Shown here piece by piece: positions 1-9,661 of a stretch of 64,000 bases of DNA. The translations under genes were made by a program, and so were the position numbers. This stretch comes from Candidatus Nomurabacteria bacterium (GTDB taxonomy: Bacteria; Patescibacteriota; Patescibacteriia; UBA1558; GWA2-36-10). How positions within the stretch are numbered: the first letter of the stretch is position 1; the number at the start of each line of letters is the position of its first letter. The DNA lies in the NCBI GenBank assembly GCA_020632415.1, contig JACKFO010000002.1:450732-514731 (forward strand). Reading direction: 5' to 3'. The notes beneath the pieces are model-generated. The model ran no database searches. It was not told the origin of the DNA and saw nothing but the letters and a program-made list of their open reading frames with translations.

Positions 1-1088
1 TTACTTTCGACTCAGCAAAAAAAGCTGAATTAGAAATTAAAAAAGCTAACTTTGAATTATTAGCTGCCCAAAAAATGAGCGAAAATAACCTTGATTCTAC
101 AAAAATCCAAGAAAGATTTCAGCAAGTTTTAGAAAAATATAAAGATCAGATGGCTCAAGTAGAAGCCAGAGTCCAAAACTTAGCCAGTGATAAAAAAGAA
201 CTTCTTTTAGAAAAAATAGACGCCCAACATTTAAAACAACAGCAAATCTTGAGAGAATTAGAAAATAAACTTCCTGAACAAGTCAAAGAAAAAATAACTG
301 AAATTCGTAAAGAAAGAATTGAAGATTGGTACACAAAGCACAAAGAAAATTTAGAAAAACGTCTTGAAGCTAGTGTTGATAGCGATGCCGTCGGAACTAA
401 ATTCAAAACTTTGAATACCCTAGCCACTCTAGAAGATATGTCTGAGTTTTTACCGACAGAAGCTCAAGATGAATTAGAGACTATTGTTACAAAAACACAA
501 GAAAAACTACAAAACAATTTACAAAATTTATCTAGCGCAGAAAAAATTAGGCTGGAAAAATACTTAGAAAATATTAATTTAAGCGCAATCAAAAAAGTAC
601 AACTAATAGATAATCTAAAAGACGACACCCTCTTAGGCATTCGCGTCAAAGCAGAAGAGATCAAAAAACAAGAATTAGAAAAAATAGAATCTCGTTACCA
701 AGCTTTGGACGATGATGCTAAAGAATCATTTTTGAAAAATAATTTTACAAATAGCAACAATGGCGAAGCATCTAAAATTGAAATTCTTCGAAGATTACAA
801 CAAAATACTTCTCAAGAATTAAAAGATAAAATTCAAAAAATTAGCGCTGAAGAAGAATTAAAAATCAAAGAACAAATTCGTAATACAAGCAATCAAAAAA
901 CTTTAGATAATTTAGGAGAAAGCACTAAAGAACTGCCAGTAATACGCCGAGAAATCGAAGAACAAAAACTGGAATTACAAAAACAAGAACAAGAAAGATT
1001 AAGAGAAAGCGAAAAAAATAAACTAGAACTCTTTAAAAAACAACAAGAACAAGAAAGAGAACGCCTAAAGCAATCTCAAGAAGATTAA
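1..1088 (+). CDS. Coiled-coil E/K/Q-rich protein of unknown function, 5'-partial. The ORF-track ATG is at 75, but the frame is open back to the window start.
   Basis: 337-aa ORF dominated by charged heptad-like low-complexity sequence (EKxxLExK, QQEQER). The in-frame translation upstream of 75 has no stop. Confidence 0.5.
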   Translation, partial: TFDSAKKAELEIKKANFELLAAQKMSENNLDSTKIQERFQQVLEKYKDQMAQVEARVQNLASDKKELLLEKIDAQHLKQQQILRELENKLPEQVKEKITEIRKERIEDWYTKHKENLEKRLEASVDSDAVGTKFKTLNTLATLEDMSEFLPTEAQDELETIVTKTQEKLQNNLQNLSSAEKIRLEKYLENINLSAIKKVQLIDNLKDDTLLGIRVKAEEIKKQELEKIESRYQALDDDAKESFLKNNFTNSNNGEASKIEILRRLQQNTSQELKDKIQKISAEEELKIKEQIRNTSNQKTLDNLGESTKELPVIRREIEEQKLELQKQEQERLRESEKNKLELFKKQQEQERERLKQSQED

Positions 1089-1108
1089 TTTTAAACAAAA
1101 TATAAAAA

Positions 1109-1140
1109 ATCAACCACGTCAGACGCGGTTGATTTTTTTA
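1109..1140 (+). terminator. Rho-independent terminator after the coiled-coil gene
   Basis: Hairpin ATCAACCACGTC-AGA-CGCGGTTGAT followed by TTTTTTT. Confidence 0.6.
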
Positions 1141-1192
1141 ACAATCATTGTTAGAATAGCCAAAGTCATTTAAATATTATTATTTTTATATA

Positions 1193-2503
1193 ATGAGTAA
1201 TAAAAAATTTCACTTGATTATTTTTGGCTGTCAAATGAATCTATCAGATGCTGAAAGATTAGCAACTGCCCTAAAACAATTAGGTTACCAAGAAACAAAA
1301 TCCGAAGAAGAAGCTGACTTAATCGGCGTAGTTGCCTGCTCTGTCAAACAAACTGCTGTAGATAGAATCTATGGCAAAGTTCGTAACTGGCAACTAGTCA
1401 AAGAAAAAAGACCTTTGATCACTCTACTTTCTGGTTGTGTTTTAGAACATGATCGGGAAAAATTAAAAGACAAATTTGATATTTTTTTAGATATTAAAAA
1501 CCTTGACGGTCTAGCGGAAAGTATTCAAAAAGCTGCTCCAGAAGAAAAACTAGCTCTCCCAAGTTTTTTTGACATTCAACCAAGCTACTACTCCAAGTAT
1601 CGAGCCTACGTGCCGATCATGACTGGTTGTAATAAATTCTGTACTTATTGTGCTGTTCCATACACTCGTGGCAGAGAAGTTTCTAGAAACGGCGAAAGTA
1701 TTATTGAAGAAATAAAAAATTTAATTAACAACGGCTACAAAGAAATTGTCTTGCTAGGACAAAATGTAAATTCTTACGGTTTAGACAAAATAAAGGCCGG
1801 TGAAAAAGAACTAGATTTTCCTCAGCTATTAACAAAAATAGATCAATTGGGTGGACATTTTTGGCTAAAATTTTTAACTTCTCATCCTTATGACATGTCC
1901 GATCAGCTGATCGAAGTGATGAAAAATGGTCAGAATATTAATCCCTACTTGCACCTGCCCGTACAATCTGGCAGCGACGAAATCCTAAAAAAAATGAATC
2001 GTCACTATTCTGTCGAAAGCTACATAGAATTAATCAACAAGGTTCGTCAAGCCATTCCTCACATTGCTATTTCCACAGATATAATCGTTGGCTTCTCTGG
2101 TGAGACTGAAGAAGATTTTCAAGCCAGTAAAAAACTAGTGAGAGACCTAAAATTCAACCTATCTTTTACCTCTCAATACTCACAAAGAACTGGAACGGTT
2201 GCCGCAAAACTACATGCTGATGATATTTCGCAAGAAACTAAAAAGGAACGCTTCAATTTGATTAATAATCAAATTGGTGAAAATGCCAAGGCCTACAACC
2301 AAAAACTAATTGGCGAAACTCACGAAGTTTTAATTGACGCTGTCAACAAAAAAGAAAATAACTACATTAATATCGGCAAACTAGAAAACTACGTCGCTAT
2401 TCACCTTGCCAGTAAAGAGCCTTTGTCTATTGGTGAATTTTATCAAGTAAAAATCACACAAGCCGACTCTTGGGGTTGTCAGGCTGAAATTTTGCAAAAA
2501 TAA
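1193..2503 (+). CDS. miaB: tRNA methylthiotransferase MiaB (radical-SAM, MTTase family)
   Basis: Radical-SAM CxxxCxxC motif (CNKFCTYC), N-terminal MTTase Cys triad (GCQMN...ACSV) and a C-terminal TRAM-like domain. It lies adjacent to miaA. Confidence 0.8.
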   Translation: MSNKKFHLIIFGCQMNLSDAERLATALKQLGYQETKSEEEADLIGVVACSVKQTAVDRIYGKVRNWQLVKEKRPLITLLSGCVLEHDREKLKDKFDIFLDIKNLDGLAESIQKAAPEEKLALPSFFDIQPSYYSKYRAYVPIMTGCNKFCTYCAVPYTRGREVSRNGESIIEEIKNLINNGYKEIVLLGQNVNSYGLDKIKAGEKELDFPQLLTKIDQLGGHFWLKFLTSHPYDMSDQLIEVMKNGQNINPYLHLPVQSGSDEILKKMNRHYSVESYIELINKVRQAIPHIAISTDIIVGFSGETEEDFQASKKLVRDLKFNLSFTSQYSQRTGTVAAKLHADDISQETKKERFNLINNQIGENAKAYNQKLIGETHEVLIDAVNKKENNYINIGKLENYVAIHLASKEPLSIGEFYQVKITQADSWGCQAEILQK

Positions 2504-2556
2504 AAAAGGGCCGTCTTTGACAGACCCTTAGTGACCCACGGAAGAACAAGGCAAGC

Positions 2557-2973
2557 TCAACAAGCTCGCATCAAACGACTCGGCGCCTTCACAGACTGAC
2601 TGAGCATCGGCAAGCTCAGAGGCTTACTCAAAAATTGCACGCCAAGAGCAGCACAAGTCGTCTGTAATTCGAGTGATGGCATGCCAGTATTGAGAATCAA
2701 TACCTGAAAATGATAATCAAAATCTCGTTCTAATTTCACCAACTTGTGCAATAAGTCAATACCCAAGAACCCAGACATATTATTATCCGTGAGCACAGCA
2801 TTGATCCGCTTGACCAAAATCAACTTAATAACATCTTCTATATCATGCTGACCCCGAACCAAGACTTGATCACAATGATATACAGACTGAATCACTTCCG
2901 CGTACAATCCCAAGATAGTCGGATCATCATCCAGAACCAAAAACCTACGCGACTCTTCTATTTGCGTTGACAT
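2557..2973 (-). CDS. Stand-alone CheY-like response-regulator receiver domain protein in a GC-rich island
   Basis: Acidic pocket LVLDDDP, phospho-acceptor Asp in AVLTDNNM, conserved Thr (LNTGMP) and Lys (SKP). Strong SD (AGGAG) upstream. GC content is clearly above the flanks. Confidence 0.65.
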   Translation of the reverse strand: MSTQIEESRRFLVLDDDPTILGLYAEVIQSVYHCDQVLVRGQHDIEDVIKLILVKRINAVLTDNNMSGFLGIDLLHKLVKLERDFDYHFQVLILNTGMPSLELQTTCAALGVQFLSKPLSLPMLSQSVKAPSRLMRAC

Positions 2974-3072
2974 AAGTCGTCTCCTTCCCGCTTCCTTTTA
3001 AATGAGCTCATGCTAAACCCTAGTTAGACACTGGGGTTTACTTTTTTATTCTTATAACATACAATAGATTTA

Positions 3073-3984
3073 ATGTCAATCCAGAAAAAAGAAAAAATTA
3101 TCGTGATTTTAGGTCCAACTGCCTCTGGTAAGTCTGATTTTGCTGTAAAATTAGCCAAAAAATTTAATGGAGAAATTATTTCTGCCGACTCACGACAAAT
3201 TTATAAAAATTTAGACATTGGCTCTAACAAAATCAGCAAAGCCGAACAGCAAGGCATTAAGCATTATTTACTCGATCAAATCAAAATAGATCAAGAATTT
3301 AGTCTTTTTGACTGGCAACAAACAGCCTTTTTAGATATCAAAAAAATTATAAAAAATAAAAAACTACCGATTATTATCGGTGGTACCGGGCTCTATCTCT
3401 CCTCTATTTTACAAAACTACCAACTACCTGAAACCGACAAAGAATTAAGAGCTAAATTAAATACTTTGGAATTAAAAAAACTTAAGGCTAAGCTAGAAAA
3501 AATAGACCCTCTTGGAATTAAAAAAATCGATCTTAAAAATAAAGTCCATGTTGTTCGAGCGCTAGAATACATTATTGCTAATCAAAAAAACTTTCGCGAT
3601 GCTCAACAGACAAGCGACTGTCCTTATGATTATTTAATTTTTGGACTTACTTCAGAACGAGAAAATCTGTATCAAAAAATAAACCAACGCGTTGATCAAA
3701 TGATCGATTCCGGCTTGGTCGAAGAAGTAAAAAAAATTTATCAAAAATTCCCTAATAAAAATTTACCAGCCTTAAGCGGCATTGGTTATCAAGAAATTAT
3801 AAAATATTTAGAAAAAAAAATAAGCCTAGAAGAAGCAATAGACTTAATCAAAAAAAATACTAGACACTACGCTAAACGTCAAATGACTTGGTTTCGTCGG
3901 ATGGAAAAACAAGGACTAAAAATAATCTGGAATAAAAATTTAGAACAAGTCTCAAAATATATTGCTAAATTTTTAGAAAAATAA
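3073..3984 (+). CDS. miaA: tRNA dimethylallyltransferase MiaA
   Basis: P-loop GPTASGKS, ISADSRQIY motif, typical about 300 aa length. Confidence 0.85.
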   Translation: MSIQKKEKIIVILGPTASGKSDFAVKLAKKFNGEIISADSRQIYKNLDIGSNKISKAEQQGIKHYLLDQIKIDQEFSLFDWQQTAFLDIKKIIKNKKLPIIIGGTGLYLSSILQNYQLPETDKELRAKLNTLELKKLKAKLEKIDPLGIKKIDLKNKVHVVRALEYIIANQKNFRDAQQTSDCPYDYLIFGLTSERENLYQKINQRVDQMIDSGLVEEVKKIYQKFPNKNLPALSGIGYQEIIKYLEKKISLEEAIDLIKKNTRHYAKRQMTWFRRMEKQGLKIIWNKNLEQVSKYIAKFLEK

Positions 3985-4003
3985 AAATTTATAAACATCT
4001 CAA

Positions 4004-4031
4004 AAGACGCCGAATAATTATTCGGCGTCTT
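4004..4031. terminator. Bidirectional rho-independent terminator between the convergent miaA and gatB genes
   Basis: Perfect palindrome AAGACGCCGAATAATTATTCGGCGTCTT flanked by A/T runs. Confidence 0.7.
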
Positions 4032-4115
4032 AATTTTATCAAATCTATTTAAATGTCAAAATCGTAAACTCAGGACTCAGAATGACAGTTTAGGCCATCT
4101 TTTTTGGTGTCCAAT

Positions 4116-5609
4116 TTAAATCTTACCCTTGATAATCTCCTCTACTTTTTGTGGATTAGCCTTGCCTTTACTTTCGGCCATCACCTTACCAACAAAAAAC
4201 TTGAGGAGAGCTTCTTTTCCTTGTTTTAATTCTGCTAGCTGTTTTGGATAAAGCATTAAAACTTTAATCACCAAATCTTCTAAGGTAGCCACGTCATCTA
4301 TTTGAGCTAAATCTAATTTTTCTGCAATATTCGATGGATCTCCGCCGCTCTCAAACATGGCTTTTAAAATAGTTTGACCAGCGGAACTATTAATTTTATT
4401 TTGATAAACCAAACTGATCAACTCCGCCATATTTTCAGAACTGATTTTTAAATCAGAAAATTTAAAATTTACTGGCAATAAACCAAACAATTCATTGCTA
4501 ATCCAATTAAAAGCTAATTTAGCAAATTTTGCTTTGTGTTTTTCCCAAATAACCTCTGCCTGATCATTTCCTCCTTCAGACTTGAAAAGCCAAGAATTCA
4601 GCTCTGACATGACTTGCTCCCAAAACTCTGACCAATCTTTACTTTGAACTAAAATTTTAGCGTCACTAGCAGAGAGAGAATACTCGGTAATTAAACGAGC
4701 AATTTTTGCCTGTGGTAATTCCGGCAAAGAATTTACTATTCCTTGCAAATCCTGATCAGAAATAATAAGCGGTGGTAAATCTGGCTCCGGAAAATAACGA
4801 TAATCTGAAAATCCTTCTTTAGTTCTTTGCCCTACGGTTTCTTGTTTATCTTCATCCCAACCACGCGTCTCTGTTAAATGTGGCGGTGTATTTTTCTCCC
4901 ACAAAGCAGTTTGTCTTCTGACTTCAAATTGCAAAGCCTTTTCCACGGCTTTAAAAGAATTAAGATTTTTAACTTCTGTTTTTGGATAAAGTTTATCTTC
5001 GCCCACGGGCCGCAAAGAAATATTAGCATCACATCGCAAATGTCCTTTTTCCATTTCCGCCTCAGAAACTCCTAGATAGCGAGCAAGTAAACGTAAATTT
5101 TGCAAAAAGATTTTTGTTTCTTCTGGCTGACGAAAATCTGGACGAGTGACAATTTCAGCAAGCGGTGTTCCGGCACGATTAAAATCAACTAAAGTTTGAC
5201 CATTGAGGTGAATATTTTTACCAGCATCTTCTTCCAAATGCAAACGTTCAATGCCAATTCTTTTTGGTTGATTATTTTCCTCGATGACCAGATGTCCATC
5301 AACAGCTATCGGAATGTCAAATTGCGAAATTTGATAACCTTTTGGTAAATCTGGATAAAAATAATTTTTACGATCAAATTTTGATTTCTGATTAATCTGA
5401 CAATTCAAAGCCAAGGCCATTTTGACGCCTAAATTTACCGCTTGCTCATTGATAGTCGGTAAAGTTCCTGGATGACCCAAACAAACCGGACAAATTGTGG
5501 TATTTGGTTTTTGATTTTCTCCATCATTAGAGCAAGCACAAAACATCTTACTTTTTGTTTTGAGCTGTAAGTGTATTTCTAAACCAATAATTGTTTCCAA
5601 TTTTTGCAT
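4116..5609 (-). CDS. gatB: Asp/Glu-tRNA amidotransferase subunit B
   Basis: N-terminus IGLEIHLQL...CPVCLGHPGTLP...FDRKNYFYPDLPKGYQISQ, characteristic of GatB, with a C-terminal GatB/YqeY domain. Confidence 0.9.
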   Translation of the reverse strand: MQKLETIIGLEIHLQLKTKSKMFCACSNDGENQKPNTTICPVCLGHPGTLPTINEQAVNLGVKMALALNCQINQKSKFDRKNYFYPDLPKGYQISQFDIPIAVDGHLVIEENNQPKRIGIERLHLEEDAGKNIHLNGQTLVDFNRAGTPLAEIVTRPDFRQPEETKIFLQNLRLLARYLGVSEAEMEKGHLRCDANISLRPVGEDKLYPKTEVKNLNSFKAVEKALQFEVRRQTALWEKNTPPHLTETRGWDEDKQETVGQRTKEGFSDYRYFPEPDLPPLIISDQDLQGIVNSLPELPQAKIARLITEYSLSASDAKILVQSKDWSEFWEQVMSELNSWLFKSEGGNDQAEVIWEKHKAKFAKLAFNWISNELFGLLPVNFKFSDLKISSENMAELISLVYQNKINSSAGQTILKAMFESGGDPSNIAEKLDLAQIDDVATLEDLVIKVLMLYPKQLAELKQGKEALLKFFVGKVMAESKGKANPQKVEEIIKGKI

Positions 5610-5610
5610 T

Positions 5611-6237
5611 TTAAGAACTTAAAGTTAGACTGATTATTTTTTCAATGTTTTTAGCAACATCATCGATAGACTCCACGGCTGGAATAATATGCCAATTTCC
5701 ATTTTCTTTAACCTGCTTCAAATACCCTTCTCTCACTTTTTGATGGAATTCAGTTTTTTCTGCATCCAAACGATCTACTTTTTCAGATCTTATTCTTTCT
5801 GCTGCTTGCTCGGGCGTGATTTCAAAATAGATCACCGCGTCAGCTTCCAAATTATCTTTCGCCCAAGTATTCATTTTTTTAATCTCTTCCAAATCTAAAT
5901 TTCTAGCTGCACCCTGATAAGCAAAAGTGGATCCATCAAAACGATCACACAAGACTATTTTACCAAGCTCCAAAGCTGGCTTAACAACCTCTTCGATATG
6001 TTGAGCGCGCGCTGCCAAAAATAACAACAACTCTGTCCGTGGATGCATGGCAGTATTATTTTTATCCAAAATCAGATTACGAATTTTTTCGGCAATATCC
6101 GAACCCGTGCCCCCCGGCTCACGAGTCACTAATACCTCTAGGCCTCTATTTTCTAAAAAAATCTGCGCTTTTTCAATCTGCGTACTTTTTCCAGATTTTT
6201 CTCCGCCTTCAAAAACAATAAATTTTCCTGATTTCAT
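5611..6237 (-). CDS. tmk: Thymidylate kinase (start placed at the internal MKSGK rather than the ORF-track Met)
   Basis: FIVFEGGEKSGKST Walker A, TREPGGT motif, DRF/DR lid region. Confidence 0.85.
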   Translation of the reverse strand: MKSGKFIVFEGGEKSGKSTQIEKAQIFLENRGLEVLVTREPGGTGSDIAEKIRNLILDKNNTAMHPRTELLLFLAARAQHIEEVVKPALELGKIVLCDRFDGSTFAYQGAARNLDLEEIKKMNTWAKDNLEADAVIYFEITPEQAAERIRSEKVDRLDAEKTEFHQKVREGYLKQVKENGNWHIIPAVESIDDVAKNIEKIISLTLSS

Positions 6238-6265
6238 AGCTAAAATATAACACAATTAAAACCTT

Positions 6266-6844
6266 TTATCTATCTTTGTTAGCCTCTAAAAAACAATGCC
6301 GGCATAAGGCTTGATATTTATCTGCGCCACCAACTTCCACTGTGCCTTTGGCATCTGATAAACGATGTGTGCGAGAAGCAAGACCACCACAATTCATACA
6401 TATCGCATGTAATTTTTTCACTACCTCAGCTTCAGCTAAAAGTTCTGGTAAACCAGGAAATGGTACTGCTTCAAAGGTCTGATCTAGAGCTGCAATAATT
6501 ACCTTTTTGCCATCATTAGCCCAAATCTTTGCTAAACGCGTCAGTTCTGGCACATCAAAAAATTGCGCCTCATCAACGCCAATTATGTCCACGGAGTCAT
6601 AATCATTATCTTCTAAGTATTTAGCAATATCTGCTGAATCCTTTTTAACAATCGCCGCAATAGCATCACCATTATGACTAACTACCTTTTGATCATCATA
6701 GCGTTTATCAATCTCTGGTTTAAACAAAACCACTTTTTTCTTAGCAATCTCAAAGCGCCTTAAGGTTCTCATCAACTCTTCTGTTTTTCCAGAAAACATG
6801 CTACCGGTAATCAAAATAATAAAACCACTTTTAAAATTTTCCAT
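6266..6844 (-). CDS. tdk: Thymidine kinase
   Basis: ITGSMFSGKTEEL P-loop and a C-terminal CxxC...CxxC zinc ribbon. Confidence 0.85.
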   Translation of the reverse strand: MENFKSGFIILITGSMFSGKTEELMRTLRRFEIAKKKVVLFKPEIDKRYDDQKVVSHNGDAIAAIVKKDSADIAKYLEDNDYDSVDIIGVDEAQFFDVPELTRLAKIWANDGKKVIIAALDQTFEAVPFPGLPELLAEAEVVKKLHAICMNCGGLASRTHRLSDAKGTVEVGGADKYQALCRHCFLEANKDR

Positions 6845-6858
6845 GATTGTTTTTTAAA

Positions 6859-7281
6859 TTAATACCCCGAAGAATTAAAACCATTTTCTCCTCGATTTGT
6901 TTCTGATAATTCTTGAACTTCTTCAAAGTCTACTACTTCGATTTTTTGAATCAACATTTGTGCTACTCTATCTCCAATTTTAATCTGATAATCTTCTTTA
7001 CTCAAATTAACCATCACCACGCCAATCTCTCCGCGATAGTTACTGTCTATAATTCCAGCCAAAGTATGCAGACCGTGCTTTGCAGCCAGACCAGAACGAT
7101 CACGGATGTTGCCAACGTAATTCTCTGGGATTTCCAAAGCTAAACCAGTTGAAATAATTTTTGTTTCATTTGACTTAAGTAAAAAATTTTCACAAGATGA
7201 CAAATCAAAAGCTGCATCACCTTGACGCATCATTTGTGGTAAAACTGCCTGTTCTTTTAATTTTTTTACTTTTATTTTCAT
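6859..7281 (-). CDS. dut: dUTP diphosphatase
   Basis: Dut motifs RDRSGLAAKHGL and GIIDSNYRGEIGV. Confidence 0.85.
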   Translation of the reverse strand: MKIKVKKLKEQAVLPQMMRQGDAAFDLSSCENFLLKSNETKIISTGLALEIPENYVGNIRDRSGLAAKHGLHTLAGIIDSNYRGEIGVVMVNLSKEDYQIKIGDRVAQMLIQKIEVVDFEEVQELSETNRGENGFNSSGY

Positions 7282-7760
7282 TTTCTCATTAACTCTAAAA
7301 ATTTATAATTTAAATTTTCTTTTGTTTGATGTTTTTCTTCTCTAATTATTTTAAAATCTTGTTCATAATCTGGAAACCAAGTGTCTACTTGATATTCAGC
7401 ATCAATGATCGTTAAATAAAGTTTATCAACAATCTCAATCGCTTGTTTATAAATACTAGCTCCACCGATAAAAAATATCTCATCATCGTCCTGACTTTTT
7501 GCAAACTCCAAGGCTCGCTCTAAATCATTAAAAACTTCACAATCCTTGGCTTTAAAATTTAAATCTTTAGACAAAATAATATTCAAACGATTTGGCAACG
7601 CTTTGCCAATAGACAAAAATGTATTTTGTCCCATAATCACCGGATGTCCAGAAGTGATTTTTTTAAAATGAGCCAAGTCTTCAGGTAAATTTACTAAAAG
7701 TTTATTTTGATATCCCAAAGCTTTTTTGTTATCGATAACTGCAATTAAACTAATCATCAT
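7278..7760 (-). CDS. folA: Dihydrofolate reductase
   Basis: MISLIAVIDNKKALGYQNKLLVNLPEDLAHFKKITSGHPVIMGQNTF matches the DHFR N-terminal consensus. It overlaps dut and thyX by 4 nt. Confidence 0.85.
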   Translation of the reverse strand: MMISLIAVIDNKKALGYQNKLLVNLPEDLAHFKKITSGHPVIMGQNTFLSIGKALPNRLNIILSKDLNFKAKDCEVFNDLERALEFAKSQDDDEIFFIGGASIYKQAIEIVDKLYLTIIDAEYQVDTWFPDYEQDFKIIREEKHQTKENLNYKFLELMRK

Positions 7761-9109
7761 TTCATCACAATATCATGTTCACCACGTTTCACATCAAAAC
7801 GACCAGGGTCTTGATCTAAATGCAATTTTAAACCAAAGCTGCTAAATTCTTTTTCCAAAATTTTAGCCATTTCGATTGCTCGTTTCTGCAAAGTTGGATG
7901 AACAAAACGAGTGCCTCTCAATTCCACTAAATAAACCAAAGCTGCTAAATCCCCGGTCACTCTGTTTGGTAAATTATAACCCATTGCTAAATAATATTGA
8001 GCAAGTTCTTTGCTTAAATTTAAATTTTTGATTTTTTCTTCTTGACTTAAAACAAAGTCCTTAGCTTTTTGTCGTAAATTTTCCGGTAAAGAATTAAAAT
8101 AAAAATCCGCAAAACCATGTCGACTAGTCAAAAGCGGCATTCTTTGAATCACCGCTCGATGTCTTTGAATATCTCTAAAAGAACCAAAATCCAACATAAA
8201 GCCAAATTGCAAAGTTCCACATTCTGCAATAAATTTTGGTAACTCCGTTTTTTGCGGACGACTTTCCAAAACATTTTTATATGTTTTTAATAAGTCTTGG
8301 TTAATATTATTACACAACAAAGTGGTTTCTGGATAAGCATCGTGTTCAAAATAATAATCATTTTGCATCCAAGAATGATTATAATTTTCTGTAGTTTCAA
8401 ATAATTTGTGACTAAAAGAACTTGGATAGGCTTCTTCCAAAGCTTCTTGCATGACCGCAGCAATATTTTGCACCTCTGCTAAAGGATGGTGACGCAAAAG
8501 AGCTATTTTGTCAGCTGCTTGTCGCATATTGGTATGCCAAGCAATATTAGTCGAAGCACCGGCTGGTAAAAAACCACGCATAATATCAAAAGCTCTGGCT
8601 GCAATCGCTTTCTGATAAATTTTTTCTTCCTCGTCTTCGGCTTTAGGAAATTGCTGACGCAAATGAGTTTTTACTTCTTCCATTGAATCAAGATAAAAAC
8701 TACGCCAGCTTTCTAAAATCTCCTCTCCCTCTTTAGATTCCACTGGGTTTAAAAAAGTCTGTTGAGAGAAATCAACATAACGAGTTGACGCCTCTTGTCC
8801 ACTATACAAATGCCAATCTTGAATTGCTTTGGCTGCCAACATTGAGATTCCTTCGACAAATAAAGTGATTGTTCCGCAATCACCAATAGATTTGTGGCCA
8901 TAACCAACGTAAAAATTGGCCATAAAATTTTCAGCACCTTTTTTGGCTAAAATCTCCAAATGACTTTTAACTCCGCCAGTCGAACGAGAATGCAAAGCTT
9001 GAATCATTGCCTCTGACTCAGGATTGATTACAGCGCCAGTGTTTAAAACTAAAACCATTCCCCCGCTCTTCAAATTTTTTACCGTATGTTTTAAATCACC
9101 AATAGACAT
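7757..9109 (-). CDS. thyX: Flavin-dependent thymidylate synthase ThyX-like protein, apparently tandem-domain (about 450 aa). The first repeat has the RHR motif replaced by HLY; the second repeat has an intact QRHR...S motif.
   Basis: Repeat 1: GYGHKSIGD...QDWHLYSGQEASTRY parallels ThyX GHxSpFEH...QWxRHRxxSxxExSxRY. Repeat 2: FRDIQRHRAVIQRMPLLTSRHG plus downstream LP...LRGTR.H..Q.RA resembles the ThyX C-terminal region. It sits in a dTMP-synthesis operon. Confidence 0.55.
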   Translation of the reverse strand: MSIGDLKHTVKNLKSGGMVLVLNTGAVINPESEAMIQALHSRSTGGVKSHLEILAKKGAENFMANFYVGYGHKSIGDCGTITLFVEGISMLAAKAIQDWHLYSGQEASTRYVDFSQQTFLNPVESKEGEEILESWRSFYLDSMEEVKTHLRQQFPKAEDEEEKIYQKAIAARAFDIMRGFLPAGASTNIAWHTNMRQAADKIALLRHHPLAEVQNIAAVMQEALEEAYPSSFSHKLFETTENYNHSWMQNDYYFEHDAYPETTLLCNNINQDLLKTYKNVLESRPQKTELPKFIAECGTLQFGFMLDFGSFRDIQRHRAVIQRMPLLTSRHGFADFYFNSLPENLRQKAKDFVLSQEEKIKNLNLSKELAQYYLAMGYNLPNRVTGDLAALVYLVELRGTRFVHPTLQKRAIEMAKILEKEFSSFGLKLHLDQDPGRFDVKRGEHDIVMK

Positions 9110-9115
9110 AAAATT

Positions 9116-9658
9116 TTATTTTAATAATTGATCTAATTGTTTTTGAAACTCTTCCAAAGAACCATCGTTATTCACCACCACGTCCGCTACTTTCATTGCT
9201 GGCGGAATAGTAAGTTCTGTTTCTAAATTATGATCGGCTTGAAATTGTTCCCAAGTTTTGGTCTGATCATCAGGATTTTCACCACGTTCGAGTAAGCGTT
9301 GATAACGATTTTCCATTGTTGCTTCAATAGAGACTAATTTAAAATTAGGCAATTTTTTCAGATATTCAATATCCTCCATACGCCTAATTCCTTCTACTAC
9401 AACTAACTCCGCTTGAGAATTTTCAACATCTTTAGCCATTACTTCAGCCATCAGATCTTGCCCAAAAAATTCTCGCAAAACCGTAGAAATGCCAGACATG
9501 TTTTCACGAGTATGCTCTAAATACAAACGATCTAAAACATCTCTTAACATTGTTGAGAAACGAAAAGTTTCCGCTTGATATTTTTCTTTTAAATAACTAG
9601 CCGCCGTGCCCTTACCACAAGAGATGAGTCCGGTAAAACCTAAAATTTTTTTCTGCAT
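9116..9658 (-). CDS. P-loop nucleoside/nucleotide monophosphate kinase-like protein (CMP/dCMP-kinase-like Walker A)
   Basis: GLISCGKGTAA resembles the GxGKGT P-loop of cytidylate kinases. It is embedded between thyX and Nudix/dCMP deaminase genes. Confidence 0.4.
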   Translation of the reverse strand: MQKKILGFTGLISCGKGTAASYLKEKYQAETFRFSTMLRDVLDRLYLEHTRENMSGISTVLREFFGQDLMAEVMAKDVENSQAELVVVEGIRRMEDIEYLKKLPNFKLVSIEATMENRYQRLLERGENPDDQTKTWEQFQADHNLETELTIPPAMKVADVVVNNDGSLEEFQKQLDQLLK

Positions 9659-9661
9659 AAA

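Noticed and set aside
155-664. Antisense ORFs (155-427, 464-664) inside the coiled-coil gene. Similar short antisense or alternative-frame ORFs appear throughout the track (4878-5075, 5689-5898, 6039-6250, 6913-7143, 8749-8937, 9606-10164, 10378-10668, 11366-11694, 13176-13392, 16459-16677, 18704-18919, 19427-19618, 19894-20094, 22040-22368, 25227-25496, 26436-26717, 31217-31884, 33834-34019, 34391-34621, 35567-36532, 37473-38019, 39082-40307, 40458-40709, 42084-42323, 44265-44615, 45130-46104, 47417-47614, 48809-48994, 50734-51815, 52270-52524, 54938-56218, 58107-58836, 59752-60369, 61601-61786, 63238-63435).
   Set aside because: Each lies wholly inside a longer ORF with clear homology-type motifs on the other strand or frame. 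They have low-complexity or atypical composition and no supporting signals.
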